This document shows, in pieces, positions 39,773-50,674 of a stretch of DNA of 64,000 nt. Made by a program: the position numbers and the translations under genes. Source of the stretch: Myxococcales bacterium (GTDB lineage Bacteria; Myxococcota_A; Polyangia; Polyangiales; DASUME01); assembly GCA_047601445.1 (NCBI GenBank), contig JASGJH010000001.1, positions 1,472,001 to 1,536,000 of the forward strand, in the 5' to 3' direction. Each line of letters begins with the position of its first letter. Position 1 is the first letter of the stretch. The notes below the pieces were generated by a model, which was not told the origin of the DNA, searched no databases, and worked only from the letters and a program-made list of their open reading frames with translations.

Positions 39773-40935
39773 GACGCCTCCTCCAGCTTGGGTTCGAGCT
39801 CGGTCTCGCCAGTCGCCGAATCGGGCGCGTCCACGCTCTTCGCCACGCTCGGAACGAGGCTGGCCGCGGACCCACGCCTGAGTCGCGCACGCGCGCGCGC
39901 CAAATGGGTCTCACTGGCCAGGATCACCACAAACAAGAGCCCTTTGAAGACCTCCACGGCCGCATCCGGCAGTCCGTGGCGCCGCTGCAAGAGTCCACCG
40001 CTCGCCTGAACCCCCCCGAGCAGGATGGCCACGGGGATGATCGCCAGCGGACTGTGGCGCGCCACGAAGGCCACCAAAATGCCCGAAAAACCAAGTCCGG
40101 CGTAGAGGCTCGCGTTGGCTGCACCGTGCACGGCCAGCACCTCGCAAGCGCCCGCGACACCGGCCGCAGCCCCGCCGAGGGCACAGGTGAGCAGGATCAA
40201 GCGCGGCACACCCAAGCCGAGCAAGCGCGCCGCGCGCAGGTTGCCACCCACGATGCGCGCCGAGAAGCCGAAGCTCGTGTGCGCCATCAACACGTGGCAA
40301 ACGAGGCACAGGGCGATGCCGAAGACGAGCCCGTAGTGCACGTCGGTGCCCGGGATGGTGCCGAGGCGAAGGGGTTCGGCCACCGGATAGGTCGACGGCT
40401 TGTTGAGGCTACTCGGATCCCGCAGTGGACCCTCCACCAGGTAGAGGAAAAGGGAGAGCCCGATGTAGAACAGGAGCAAGCTGCTGATCGTCTCGTTGAC
40501 TCCGCGGTAGTGGCGCAGGCCCGCCACGATGCCGATCCAGAGCGCACCCGCGAGGGCCGACCCGAGTAGCAGCATCGGCAGGCCGAACCAGCCCGACACG
40601 CCCTCCCCCAACAGCATCGCGAAGCCGGCCGCTGCGAGGCCGCCCACCAGCAGAGCCCCCTCGTTCCCGATCACCACCAGTCCGAGTCGCGCAGGCAGCG
40701 CGGTGCAGAGCGCCGTCAGCATCAGGGGCGCGCCGCGCGAGAGCGCGTTCTCGACGGAGAAGCGCGAGCCGAAGGCGCCCACGGCCATATCGCCGAACAC
40801 CGCGAGCGGACTCACGCCCGCAACCAGCAGAAAGATCGCGAACAGACCCATCGCGCCGAGCACCGCGGAAAACTGGATGCCCAGCAGCGTGACGGGCGCG
40901 CGCAGACCTCTCACGACGCCGACGCTCGCGTTCAT
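39769..40935 (-). CDS. ABC transporter permease (BPD_transp_2)
   Basis: GLVVIGNEG, RGVNETISSLL, GFSGILVA. Overlaps both neighbours by 4 nt. Confidence 0.92.
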   Translation of the reverse strand: MNASVGVVRGLRAPVTLLGIQFSAVLGAMGLFAIFLLVAGVSPLAVFGDMAVGAFGSRFSVENALSRGAPLMLTALCTALPARLGLVVIGNEGALLVGGLAAAGFAMLLGEGVSGWFGLPMLLLGSALAGALWIGIVAGLRHYRGVNETISSLLLFYIGLSLFLYLVEGPLRDPSSLNKPSTYPVAEPLRLGTIPGTDVHYGLVFGIALCLVCHVLMAHTSFGFSARIVGGNLRAARLLGLGVPRLILLTCALGGAAAGVAGACEVLAVHGAANASLYAGLGFSGILVAFVARHSPLAIIPVAILLGGVQASGGLLQRRHGLPDAAVEVFKGLLFVVILASETHLARARARLRRGSAASLVPSVAKSVDAPDSATGETELEPKLEEAS

Positions 40936-42155
40936 GGTTTGATGCCCGTCGAGCCGATCACCCCCTCCACCAAGTACGTCATTTGCTCGAGCGTGGGATC
41001 CGTCTGAGCCAGTGCGGTGCCGGCCGGCACGATGACCTTGCCCGTGTTGTCCTTGAGCTCGCCCTGGAAGATCACGAACGAGCCCGTCATCATTTTGGAT
41101 CGCACGGCCTCTGCAGCGGCCTTGGCCTCGGGCGACACGGCCGGACCATAGGCGGAGCTCTTGACGAAGCCGTCCTTGAGTCCGCCGCGCACGAGGTGGT
41201 CCCACTCCGCGCCCGACTGCAGCTTCTTCACGTAGTCCTGGTAGACCTTGGACCAGTTCCACTCCGCGCCTGTGAGGTACCCCTTGGGTGCCAAGCTGGC
41301 CTGGCTCGTGTGATAGCCGCAGGAGTACACGCCCCGCTTCTCGGCGGTCTGCACCACGACCTTCGGGCTGTCCACGTGCGCCGTGAGCACGTCGACGCCC
41401 TGATCGATGAGGCTGTTGGCCGCCTCGGCCTCCTTGAGCGGCAAGGACCAGTCGCCGGTGAACACCACGGTGGTGGTGATAGTGGGGTCCACCGAACGCG
41501 CGCCGAGCGTGAACGCATTGATGTTCCGCAGCACCTGCGGGATGGGCTTCGCCGCGATGAAGCCGAGCTTTTTGGTCTTGCTGGCGTGACCCGCCACGAT
41601 GCCGTTCAGGTACTCGGCCTCGTCGATGTAGCCGAAGTAGCTACCCACGTTCTTGGGGTGCTTGGCGGCGTCGTAGAGTCCACCACAGTGGAAGAACTTG
41701 ATCTCGGGTTTCTTTTTGGCCACCTCCAACACGTGCGGATCGAAGTATCCGAAGGAGGTGGGGAACAGGACGTTGGCCCCATCGAGGCCCACCATGCTCT
41801 CCATCGTTCGCTGCACGTCGAGGGTCTCGGCGACCTTCTCCTCCTCGAGCACCTTCACGCCGGGCATGCTCGAAAGCGACTTGGCTCCCTCGGAATGCGC
41901 CTGGTTGTAGCCGAAGTCGTCGCGCGGACCGACGTAGATGAAGCCGATGGTCAACGCTTCGTCGGGCTTTTTCTGCGTCGACGCGGACGCCGATGCGGGG
42001 GCAGGCTTGCTGTCACAGCCGATCAGCACGAAGGCCAGCGAAGCCAGCACGAACAAGGTCCCCGCCCGGCCGAGCTTGCCCACTTGCCTGGACCAGGCCG
42101 CGCCTGCGCGCTCGGCAAGAGTTGGACTCGGGGACGATTCGAAGCTTCTCCGCAT
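40932..42155 (-). CDS. BMP-family ABC substrate-binding lipoprotein
   Basis: Lipobox LIGC, GFIYVGPRDDFGYNQAH, FPTSFGY, INAFTLGA, QGVDV. Start uncertain. Confidence 0.92.
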   Translation of the reverse strand: MRRSFESSPSPTLAERAGAAWSRQVGKLGRAGTLFVLASLAFVLIGCDSKPAPASASASTQKKPDEALTIGFIYVGPRDDFGYNQAHSEGAKSLSSMPGVKVLEEEKVAETLDVQRTMESMVGLDGANVLFPTSFGYFDPHVLEVAKKKPEIKFFHCGGLYDAAKHPKNVGSYFGYIDEAEYLNGIVAGHASKTKKLGFIAAKPIPQVLRNINAFTLGARSVDPTITTTVVFTGDWSLPLKEAEAANSLIDQGVDVLTAHVDSPKVVVQTAEKRGVYSCGYHTSQASLAPKGYLTGAEWNWSKVYQDYVKKLQSGAEWDHLVRGGLKDGFVKSSAYGPAVSPEAKAAAEAVRSKMMTGSFVIFQGELKDNTGKVIVPAGTALAQTDPTLEQMTYLVEGVIGSTGIKP

Positions 42156-42529
42156 GGCCGTTCCTCACTCGATGGGGCTGGGGTTCGCGCCGCGCGCGAA
42201 CACTCATGAACGGAATCTGCGGACAAAGTCGCACGCTGACCAGTGATAAGATCGGTGCACACCGCTGCATTATCGAGAGCGGTCCGGTAGAACCCTCGCT
42301 TCGTTTCTGACTGATTGCGAGCACTGAGCCTTCGAGAGGACCGGACGTTTCTACTCACGTCGACTGGTCCGCAGCCACGGTCCGCAGCAAGGTATGAGAA
42401 AGGCTGCGAGCGATCTCCGGCCCAAAGCACCCAGGACGACTGCCATGCGGTCGCTCTTCCGGCCTGCCGTAAGCACTGGCTAAAGACGTGCCCCACGACC
42501 TTGACCGTGGCAGGCCATGGATTGCGGCC

Positions 42530-45500
42530 ATGAATCAGCGCGCCCACCACCCTGGCCCGGACAGCTTTCGAGGCGCTCGGCAGCGTGCGACCTCGTTGGC
42601 TTTGCTCGATACCGACGGCCACCGCTATCGCACGCTCTACAACGCCATCGACGAGGGCTTTTGCATCGTGCACGTGCTGTTCGACGGCGACCACTCGGCG
42701 GTGGACTTTCGCTTCCTGGAGGTCAACCCCGCCTTCGAGAAGCAATCGGGGCTGAGCGGCGCCGTCGGGCGCACCATGCGCGAGCTGGTGCCCGACCAGG
42801 AGCAGAACGTCTTCGAGGTGATCGGACGCGTGGCCGACAGCGGGATTCCCGAGCGCTTCGTGCAACACTCGGCCGCGCTGGCGCGCTGGTTCGATGTGTT
42901 CGCGTTTCGGGTGGGCGACGACCGGACCGCGCAGGTGGCCGTGCTGTTCACCGACATCTCGCTGCGCAAGCGCTCCGAGGTCGCGATGCGCGAGCGCGAG
43001 GAGTCCTTTCGAGCCCTGGCCGATGCCTCGCCCGCCATGATCTGGATCACCGACCGCGCAGCGCGCTGCACGTTCGTCTCGCGCGTGTGGTCCGAGTTCA
43101 CGGGCCTGAGCCGCAACGAAAGTCTGGGCGAGGGCTGGCTGTCCGCGCTGCACCCCGAGGACAAGGAGCCATCCGCCAGGGCCTTTACGGAGGCCAACGC
43201 GCAAGAGCGACCGCTCGAAATGGAGTACCGGCTACGCCGCAGGAAGGACGGCAGCTACCGCTGGTGCATCGCCCGCGGACGGCCGCGCTACAGCGCCTCC
43301 GGAGACTACATCGGCTATGTGGGACTGGTGCTCGACGTCACCGAGCGCACGCTGGCCGAGCGCGCCCTGCGTGACGCCCAGACGCGTCTCGAGGCCACCC
43401 TGGAGGCCGGCGAGGTCGCCACCTGGACCTGGGACATCCCAGGCGATCGCGTGTATGCAGACCGCAACCTGGCCCATCTCTTCGACGTGACCCCGGAAGA
43501 AGCCTCCGGTGGGCCCCTCGAAGCCTACATGCGCGCGGTCCATCCCGCCGATCGGGAACGCGTGCGCGCCAGTGTTCATGCGGCCGCCGCCCAGGGCCTG
43601 TACTTCGAGGAAGCCTACCGCGTTCGCAACGCGGACCACCAATACCGCTCGGTGGTGGCGCGCGGACGCGTGGAATGCGCTCCGGACGGCACCCCCGCGT
43701 TGCTGCCCGGGGTCATCCTCGACGTCACGCGCCAGGAGAACGTGGAGGCGCAGCTGCAGGCCAGCGAGCAGCGCTACCGCAACCTGTTCAACACCATCGA
43801 CGAGGGCTTCTGCGTGCTCGAGAAGGTGGAGGCTCCTGCGGGCGCCCCGCTGGACTTCCGCTATGTGGAGGCCAACCCCGCGTTGGCCTCCCACTCTGGA
43901 CTCGGCAACGTGCTCGGGAAGACACTGCGCGAGGTGTTCGGGGACGACACCGACAACTGGTCGCCCACCTACGACGCGGTGCTGACCACGGGCACCTCCG
44001 TGCGCTTCGAGCGGGAACTGTCAGGCCTGGACCGCGTGCTCGAGGTCTACGCATTCCGTGTACAAGACGAATCGCGACGCCGCGTGGGCGTGATTTTCAA
44101 GGACATCAGCGCACGCAAGCACGCTGAGCGCGAGCTGCGCGTGAGCGAGGAGCGCTTTCGCACGCTCGTGGGTCAGGTCAAAGACTACGCCATCTTCCGT
44201 ACCGATTGCGAAGGTCGGGCGACCAGCTGGAACGAAGGCGTGCGGCGCGTCTTGGGCTTCGAAGAGCAAGAGTTCCTGGGCGTCGACGTAGCTGCCCGGA
44301 TCTACATGCCCGCCGACTTCGAGAACGAGGTGCACCGGCAGGAGCTCCATGATGCGGTGTTGAACGACGCCGCCGACAACGGACGCTGGATGCGCAAAAA
44401 AGACGGGCGCCGCTTCTGGGCGGTGGGCGCCACCACCGCCCTGCGCGACGAAGACGGCACGTTGATCGGCTTCACCAAGGTGCTGCGCGATCAGACCGAA
44501 GCCCACAACAGCGCCAACACCACGCGCTTTCTGGCGGACGCCAGCGCTGCGCTGGTGGAGCTGGTGGACTATCGCAGCACGTTGCAGCGCATCGCCAACC
44601 TGGCGGTGGGGGGCTTCGCCGATTGGTGCCTCGTGGACATCGTGGACGCCGAAGGCCAGCGCAGGATCGCCGGTGCGCGGCCCACCGAGGAGCGCGGCTC
44701 GGGCAAACGACACGACGAGGACTGGCCGGCGAGCGAGCACGACGTCGCGCGTCTGTCCCAGGTTTTGCACACCGGCCGGTCGGAGCTCGTGCCCAATGTG
44801 GCGCACGCCAAGCAGACCACCAGCGCGTTCCATGCCGAGTATCTGGGCGCCCTGGAAGCCCACGGCGTGGTCTCCTACATCTGTGCACCCTTCCTGGCGC
44901 GTGGTCAGGTCCTCGGCAGCATCTCCTTCCTGTCCGACGGCTCGGGCCGCCACTACAACCTGCACGACCTGCGGGCCGCCGAGGACCTCGCCGCACGCAT
45001 CTCGGTGGCCCTCGAGAACGCGCGCCTCTATCAGGCAATGCAGGAGTCCGATCGCCGCAAGGACGAGTTTCTGGCCACGTTGGCCCACGAGCTCCGCAAT
45101 CCGCTGGCCCCCGTGCGCACCGGCCTCCACGTCTTGCAGATGCCCCAGGCGAGTCCACACAGCTGCGCCCGCGCGCTGCAGATGATGGATCGTCAGCTCT
45201 CGCACATGGTCCGGCTCATCGACGACCTGCTCGACATCTCGCGCGTGAGCCGTGGCAAGGTCGCGTTGCGCAGGGAGCGAGTCAAGTTGCAGGACGTGAT
45301 AGAGAACGCCATCGAGACCAGCCGTCCGGCCATCGACGCCGCGCACCACGTCTTCGCTGTGACCACGCCCACTGAACCCATCTGGCTGGACGCGGACCTC
45401 ACGCGCCTGGCCCAGGTCTTGAGCAACATCCTCACCAACGCCGCCAAATACACCCCGGAAGCGGGCTCCATCACGCTGGACGCGCGCGTCGAGCGCGGCG

Positions 45501-46213
45501 CAACCGCGGGGCCGAACGAGAGCGCCGAGTGGGCCGTCGTGTCGGTGTCCGATAGCGGGGTCGGACTGCCCCGCGAAATGCTTGGGCAGGTGTTCGAGAT
45601 GTTCGCGCAGGTCAACAAGACTCTCGACCGCGCGCAGGGCGGCCTCGGAATCGGTCTCGCGCTGGCCAAACGGCTGGTGGAAATGCACGGCGGGACCATC
45701 CGCGCCGACAGTCCCGGCGTGGGCCAGGGCAGCACGTTCACGCTGCGTTTGCCCATGATCGCGCGTCACGTGGTCGACGTTCGCCCCGGCGAGGCCGCTC
45801 CCCGGGAGGAAACCGGCGAGCAGCGCCGCATCCTGGTCGTCGACGACAATCAAGACGGAGCCGAGGCCCTGGCCCTGATGCTGGAGCTCTCGGGACACCA
45901 GACGGAGCTGGCCTTCGACGGATTACGCGCCCTGGAGACGGCACGCCGCTACGTCCCCGACGTGGTCTTCCTCGATATCGGCCTGCCCCAGCTCAGCGGC
46001 TACGACGTCGCGCGCAAGATCCGCTTGGACCCCCAACTCCGGGACGCCGTGCTGGTGGCCCTCACCGGCTGGGGGAGCGAAGACGACAAACGCCGTTCCC
46101 AAGACGCGGGCTTCGATTTCCATCTGACCAAGCCCGTGGACGCCGCCGCCGTGGAGAACGTGCTGCTGCAGACAGTCCACCACGCGCGCCCGCCGAAGCC
46201 CCCATCCCCTTGA
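42530..46213 (+). CDS. Soluble hybrid kinase: about 5 PAS, GAF, HisKA, HATPase, REC
   Basis: Repeated PAS/PAC units (IDEGFC twice, LHPED, HPADR), GAF (ADWCLVD..ALENARLY), LAHELRNPL, NAAKYT, GGLGIGL, REC FLDIGLP. Confidence 0.95.
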   Translation: MNQRAHHPGPDSFRGARQRATSLALLDTDGHRYRTLYNAIDEGFCIVHVLFDGDHSAVDFRFLEVNPAFEKQSGLSGAVGRTMRELVPDQEQNVFEVIGRVADSGIPERFVQHSAALARWFDVFAFRVGDDRTAQVAVLFTDISLRKRSEVAMREREESFRALADASPAMIWITDRAARCTFVSRVWSEFTGLSRNESLGEGWLSALHPEDKEPSARAFTEANAQERPLEMEYRLRRRKDGSYRWCIARGRPRYSASGDYIGYVGLVLDVTERTLAERALRDAQTRLEATLEAGEVATWTWDIPGDRVYADRNLAHLFDVTPEEASGGPLEAYMRAVHPADRERVRASVHAAAAQGLYFEEAYRVRNADHQYRSVVARGRVECAPDGTPALLPGVILDVTRQENVEAQLQASEQRYRNLFNTIDEGFCVLEKVEAPAGAPLDFRYVEANPALASHSGLGNVLGKTLREVFGDDTDNWSPTYDAVLTTGTSVRFERELSGLDRVLEVYAFRVQDESRRRVGVIFKDISARKHAERELRVSEERFRTLVGQVKDYAIFRTDCEGRATSWNEGVRRVLGFEEQEFLGVDVAARIYMPADFENEVHRQELHDAVLNDAADNGRWMRKKDGRRFWAVGATTALRDEDGTLIGFTKVLRDQTEAHNSANTTRFLADASAALVELVDYRSTLQRIANLAVGGFADWCLVDIVDAEGQRRIAGARPTEERGSGKRHDEDWPASEHDVARLSQVLHTGRSELVPNVAHAKQTTSAFHAEYLGALEAHGVVSYICAPFLARGQVLGSISFLSDGSGRHYNLHDLRAAEDLAARISVALENARLYQAMQESDRRKDEFLATLAHELRNPLAPVRTGLHVLQMPQASPHSCARALQMMDRQLSHMVRLIDDLLDISRVSRGKVALRRERVKLQDVIENAIETSRPAIDAAHHVFAVTTPTEPIWLDADLTRLAQVLSNILTNAAKYTPEAGSITLDARVERGATAGPNESAEWAVVSVSDSGVGLPREMLGQVFEMFAQVNKTLDRAQGGLGIGLALAKRLVEMHGGTIRADSPGVGQGSTFTLRLPMIARHVVDVRPGEAAPREETGEQRRILVVDDNQDGAEALALMLELSGHQTELAFDGLRALETARRYVPDVVFLDIGLPQLSGYDVARKIRLDPQLRDAVLVALTGWGSEDDKRRSQDAGFDFHLTKPVDAAAVENVLLQTVHHARPPKPPSP

Positions 46214-46422
46214 TGAGGCGCTCCTGATTGCGACTCGCGGAGTGCAGCGGCGCCGTCCCCATGCGGCGAGCTGACAGGTGAACAGGCAGTGCTTTGCACC
46301 ACCCGTGCAGCGAGTGTTGCAGTGGTGTTTGCTGACAGGTCTGTCTTACCCTTCTCATCAGGCTCGCAAGCCATGCCCCTTCGCGTAGCCGGTGCAGCCT
46401 CCCCCACAGCAGGTGCGTGCTC

Positions 46423-47679
46423 ATGTCTGATTCGGCCTATCGTCAGCCCACTATCACCTCTGAAATGGTCCTTTCCGAGGTGAACAACGAGGAACAGCGG
46501 ACGAACGAGTTTTTGGCCATGTTGGCCCACGAGCTGCGCAACCCACTCGCGCCTCTGCGCAGCGGCCTCGAGGTCCTGAAGGGCGGCACAGCCGAGCCCG
46601 AGTTCTACAAAACGTTGTGGGTCATGGAGCGGCAGCTGACCAACTTGGTGAAGCTAGTGGACGACCTACTAGACGTGTCGCGCATCAGAGTTGGCAAGGT
46701 CGCGCTGCGACTGGAGGAGCTACCCCTTGAGAGCGTGCTGAAGAGCGCCCTCGAGACCAGCAAGCCCGCAATGGATGCGGCCCACCATCACCTCAGCGTC
46801 TCGCTGCCCAACCAGCCCATCTACGTGCGTGGCGACGCCACCCGACTCAGTCAGATCTTCGCCAACCTGCTCGACAACGCCGCCAAGTACACACCCGAGC
46901 GCGGCCGCATTCGCCTGCATGCCGAGCGCGTCGATCGAAACGTGGTGATCCGCGTGGAAGACAACGGCGTCGGCATCGAGCCCGCCTTCTTGCCCCGTGT
47001 GTTCGATCTGTTCTCCCAACAAGCCGGCACGCTGCATCGCACCCAGGGCGGACTCGGCCTGGGCCTCACGTTGGCCCAGCGCCTGGTGGAGATGCACGGC
47101 GGCACCATCCGCGCAGAGAGCAAGGGCCCGGGGGCTGGCTCGAGCTTCGTGGTGGTCTTTCCGCTCGCCATGCCGGCGGTCTCGGGGATCCAGCAAGCAG
47201 TGCGCGTCGACGGCGAGAGCGCCACGCGCGCGCGCGTGCTGATCGTGGACGACAACGAAGATGCCGCCGAGATGCTCCAGCTCCTGCTCGATCGGTTGGG
47301 CTATGACTGCCAGCTCGCATGGTCGGGTGACGCGGCGTTGGTGCTGGCCGAGACCTTCAAGCCACAAGTGGTCCTCCTGGACATCGGTCTGCCAGGCATG
47401 AGCGGATACGAAGTGGCCGGGCGTCTCCGTTCGCAGCTGGGGTCTCAGGTTTCTCTGGTCGCGGTCACGGGCTGGGGCAGCGAGGACGATCGCCGCCGTG
47501 CCTTCCAGGCAGGTTTCGACGACCACATGACCAAGCCCGTCGAGAGTAGCCAGCTGATCACCACGCTGACCAAGCTGCTGGCCGGCGACAGCGGGCGGTC
47601 GCAGCGCAATCCGCTGCCGGAGCTCAAATCAGGGATCATCCTGCTGCACCCCAAGGCCCGCGCCGAGCTGTCGGGCTAA
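46423..47679 (+). CDS. Sensor-less hybrid histidine kinase HisKA-HATPase-REC
   Basis: The H-box MLAHELRNPL lies within about 35 aa of the start. NAAKYT, DNGVGI, GGLGLGL, LLDIGLPG. Confidence 0.92.
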   Translation: MSDSAYRQPTITSEMVLSEVNNEEQRTNEFLAMLAHELRNPLAPLRSGLEVLKGGTAEPEFYKTLWVMERQLTNLVKLVDDLLDVSRIRVGKVALRLEELPLESVLKSALETSKPAMDAAHHHLSVSLPNQPIYVRGDATRLSQIFANLLDNAAKYTPERGRIRLHAERVDRNVVIRVEDNGVGIEPAFLPRVFDLFSQQAGTLHRTQGGLGLGLTLAQRLVEMHGGTIRAESKGPGAGSSFVVVFPLAMPAVSGIQQAVRVDGESATRARVLIVDDNEDAAEMLQLLLDRLGYDCQLAWSGDAALVLAETFKPQVVLLDIGLPGMSGYEVAGRLRSQLGSQVSLVAVTGWGSEDDRRRAFQAGFDDHMTKPVESSQLITTLTKLLAGDSGRSQRNPLPELKSGIILLHPKARAELSG

Positions 47680-47705
47680 GCAAGCGGGGCAGCCTTCCCT
47701 TCGCA

Positions 47706-49733
47706 CTACAGCGCGTCGAGCAGCTCGCGGGCCAGGGCCACCAGCGCCTCGGGGCGATAGGGCTTCTGGAGGTAGCGCAGGCGCGAATGTTCGAGGAGAT
47801 CGCTGCGAATGGACTCTGCAGTGTATCCGCTCACGTAGATCACGGGAAGCTCGGGCGCATCGGACCACAATCGGTGGGTCAGCTCGCGACCACTCACGCC
47901 GCGCGGCATCACCAGGTCGGTGACCAAGAGATTGATCTTGCCGGCGTGTGTCTGCCAGACCTCGAGCGCCCGGCGACCGTCGCATGCGGTGAGGGTGCGG
48001 TAACCGTGTTCCTGGAGCACGGCCTCGAGCATCATGGCCACGGTGGCTTCATCCTCCACCACCAGGATGGTCTCAGAGCCGCCGTAACGTACCTGGGAGC
48101 TTGTCTCGTGTGTGGCCATCGGAGCAGCGGGTAAGGTCGTGTTCGGGAAATATAGGCGGAACGTGGTGCCCTTGCCGAGTTCGGTGTGCACATCGACGAA
48201 GCCCTGGTGCTGTTTGAGAATGCTGTAGACGGTGGCGAGACCGAGGCCGGTCCCCTTCCCTACGTCCTTGGTGGTGAAGAACGGCTCGAAGATCCGCGGC
48301 AAGACCTGCGAGGAGATGCCCGTACCGCTGTCCGCCACCGCCAGGCACACGAAATCGCCGATATGGCTACCGGGATGCTGCGCGACGTAGTCGGTTCCGA
48401 CGTGCACCAGCGCGGTACGCACCTGGATGCACCCGCCACTGGGCGTGGCGTCGCGTGCGTTGATCACCAGGTTCATCAAGACCTGCTCGAGCATGCCCAA
48501 ATCGGCCCGCACCGAGGGCAGCGCACGCGCCATCTGCAGGTCGAGCTCGATGGCCTCTCCTACCAGACGCTCGAGTAGCGGGACCAGCCTGGACAACACC
48601 TCGTTGACGTCGAGGGTCGTCATCTGCATGACTTGCTGGCGCGTCATCATCAGGAGCTGCCCCGTGAGGCGCGCCGCGCGATCCGCGGCCAGGCCGATCT
48701 GCTCGAGCGCTTCGCGGCCCTTGGGCGAGACCTCGGGCAGGCCGAGCAAGCGTCCAGTCTGCCCCTGGATCACCGTGAGGATGTTGTTGAAGTCATGGGC
48801 CAGGCCCGCTGCGAGTTGACCGATACTCTCCGTGCGCTGGATTTCCCGCAGGCGCTCCTCGAGCTGCTTGCGCGCCGTGACGTCGATCCCCATACCGATT
48901 AGGCCTGGTTGCCCGTCCACCTCCACGAGGCGCCCCGTGAAGTAGTAGTCGATGCTGCGGCCATCCTTGGTCACCATGGGAGCTTCGGCGTCGGAGACTC
49001 CGGCGGTGAAGGTCTCGGCGATGCGCTCTGCGATCAGGTCCTTGTCGCTGCCGCGGAACAGGTCGAGCGGATGCAGCTTGGCGAACTCTTCGTGGGAATA
49101 GCCCGAAATCTTCTCGAAGTTCTCGTTCCAGCGCAGGAAGCGTCCCGACGTGTCGAACAAGTAGAACACGCCGGGTGCGCTGTTGATGATGGTCTCCGAG
49201 AGATTGCGCTCGTGGAGCAACTCGCGGGTGCGCTCGGCATTCTCCCGTCGCTCCTGGTCCCAGGCGCGACGCACTCGACGCAGCTCGAGCTGGGCCGTGA
49301 ACTGGCGGCCGATCACCCTCAGGGCGCTCACCTGTCGCGGTGCGAGTCGGATCGGCTGCGGCGCAAGCAGCAACAACGCCCCCAGTGTGAATCCTTCCGC
49401 GCTCACCACGGGCACCCCCGCGCAGGCTCGGTGAGCACCGGGCCTGAAGGCCTCCTTGAGGAACTGCTCTTGGCACACGAACACGTCTTGCTGTTGCAGC
49501 AGGAAGCTGCGCAGCTCTCCGTGGCTACCCAGCTCGCCCTGGAGCGCCCCCGCCGCGGACTTGGTGCGCAGTCCGTGCGCGTCGGCCAGTACGAACAACG
49601 CGGCGTCGGCTGCACAGATCTCCAGGGCCAGCGACGTCAGGTCGTCGAAGGCGGGCTCGGGCGTTGTATCGAGGATGCCGTAGCCAGCCAGCACCTCGAG
49701 TCGTTGACGTTCGGACGGGGACGTTGGAACCAC
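47706..49733 (-). CDS. Hybrid kinase GAF-PAS-HisKA-HATPase-REC (CckA-like transmitter)
   Basis: [15 protein letters not shown] (GAF), [39 protein letters not shown]. Confidence 0.95.
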   Translation of the reverse strand: MVPTSPSERQRLEVLAGYGILDTTPEPAFDDLTSLALEICAADAALFVLADAHGLRTKSAAGALQGELGSHGELRSFLLQQQDVFVCQEQFLKEAFRPGAHRACAGVPVVSAEGFTLGALLLLAPQPIRLAPRQVSALRVIGRQFTAQLELRRVRRAWDQERRENAERTRELLHERNLSETIINSAPGVFYLFDTSGRFLRWNENFEKISGYSHEEFAKLHPLDLFRGSDKDLIAERIAETFTAGVSDAEAPMVTKDGRSIDYYFTGRLVEVDGQPGLIGMGIDVTARKQLEERLREIQRTESIGQLAAGLAHDFNNILTVIQGQTGRLLGLPEVSPKGREALEQIGLAADRAARLTGQLLMMTRQQVMQMTTLDVNEVLSRLVPLLERLVGEAIELDLQMARALPSVRADLGMLEQVLMNLVINARDATPSGGCIQVRTALVHVGTDYVAQHPGSHIGDFVCLAVADSGTGISSQVLPRIFEPFFTTKDVGKGTGLGLATVYSILKQHQGFVDVHTELGKGTTFRLYFPNTTLPAAPMATHETSSQVRYGGSETILVVEDEATVAMMLEAVLQEHGYRTLTACDGRRALEVWQTHAGKINLLVTDLVMPRGVSGRELTHRLWSDAPELPVIYVSGYTAESIRSDLLEHSRLRYLQKPYRPEALVALARELLDAL

Positions 49734-50197
49734 GAGTCGCTGCCTTGGGGACGAGTGCCTCTCTCGCCCCTCTCCATTCGAACACTGACCCTACCGCAGG
49801 ACGCAGCCGAAACAACGTCGCACACACTGGCACGCGGCGGGGAGACCACGCTGGGAGAGCGGGCCGCTGTTGGACCAGCCTCTGGATTCGGGCCTTCTTC
49901 GCGCGCACTGGGCCGCACGATCACTACGTTTACGCGCCTGCGAAACCTGCTCGACGCTGCGCCCGCGGAGCGGTCTGCCGGCCCTTCCGCAGCGGACTTC
50001 CCTGGACCCGAGGACGCCCCGACCGCGGGACTGCGTGAGTAAGGCCACGATCAGCGCCCTGCTCCATACGGGCGTGAGGAGGTTGCGCAAGTCTTGCACG
50101 AGGCAGCCACGCGTTTGTCGCAATGGCCGCACGGCCCCTGAACACGCCGCCGCTAGGGTTCGGGTATGCCCCTCTCGAAGCACCCGAAGCGCGCCCC

Positions 50198-50674
50198 ATG
50201 AAGCTACCGACGCTCCCCAGGCTCGCGCCCTGGCGCAGCCGGCTCGGACTCGCCTTGGCCATCCTGTTACTCGAGATCCACATCGCCCTGCACTGGCACG
50301 ACGCCTGGGTGCGTCCCTTCGGCGGCGATACCTTGGCGGTCGCGTTCCTTCACATGCTCGCGCGCGGCCTGTGGCCGCTGCCCGTGCGGGGCACGGCGCT
50401 CGGCTCCTTCGCGCTGGCCTGTGGCGTCGAGTTCGCCCAGTACCTGCACGTGGTCGATCGGCTCGGGCTCGCGCAGCATCGCCTGGCGCGCACCGTGATA
50501 GGCACCAGCTTCCACCCCGGAGATCTCGTCGCCTACGCGCTCGGCGCCCTGCTCGCCGTGGGCTGCGAACACTGGCTAGACCGTCGGGCGTTGCGGCTTG
50601 GCGCTCGCGCACGCGAGCCAGGGAATGTCGCGAGAACCTCCGCGCGTGGGGCTAATCCGCGCCTTCTGCGCTGA
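50198..50674 (+). CDS. DUF2809-like small membrane protein
   Basis: EIHIALHWHDAWVRPFGGDTL, VEFAQY, RTVIGTSF..DLVAYALG. Confidence 0.7.
   Translation: MKLPTLPRLAPWRSRLGLALAILLLEIHIALHWHDAWVRPFGGDTLAVAFLHMLARGLWPLPVRGTALGSFALACGVEFAQYLHVVDRLGLAQHRLARTVIGTSFHPGDLVAYALGALLAVGCEHWLDRRALRLGARAREPGNVARTSARGANPRLLR

Noticed and set aside
49734..50197. About 460-bp intergenic gap as a hidden gene or ncRNA
   Set aside because: No convincing ORF, long stem or repeat was seen by eye. It is probably a divergent promoter region.
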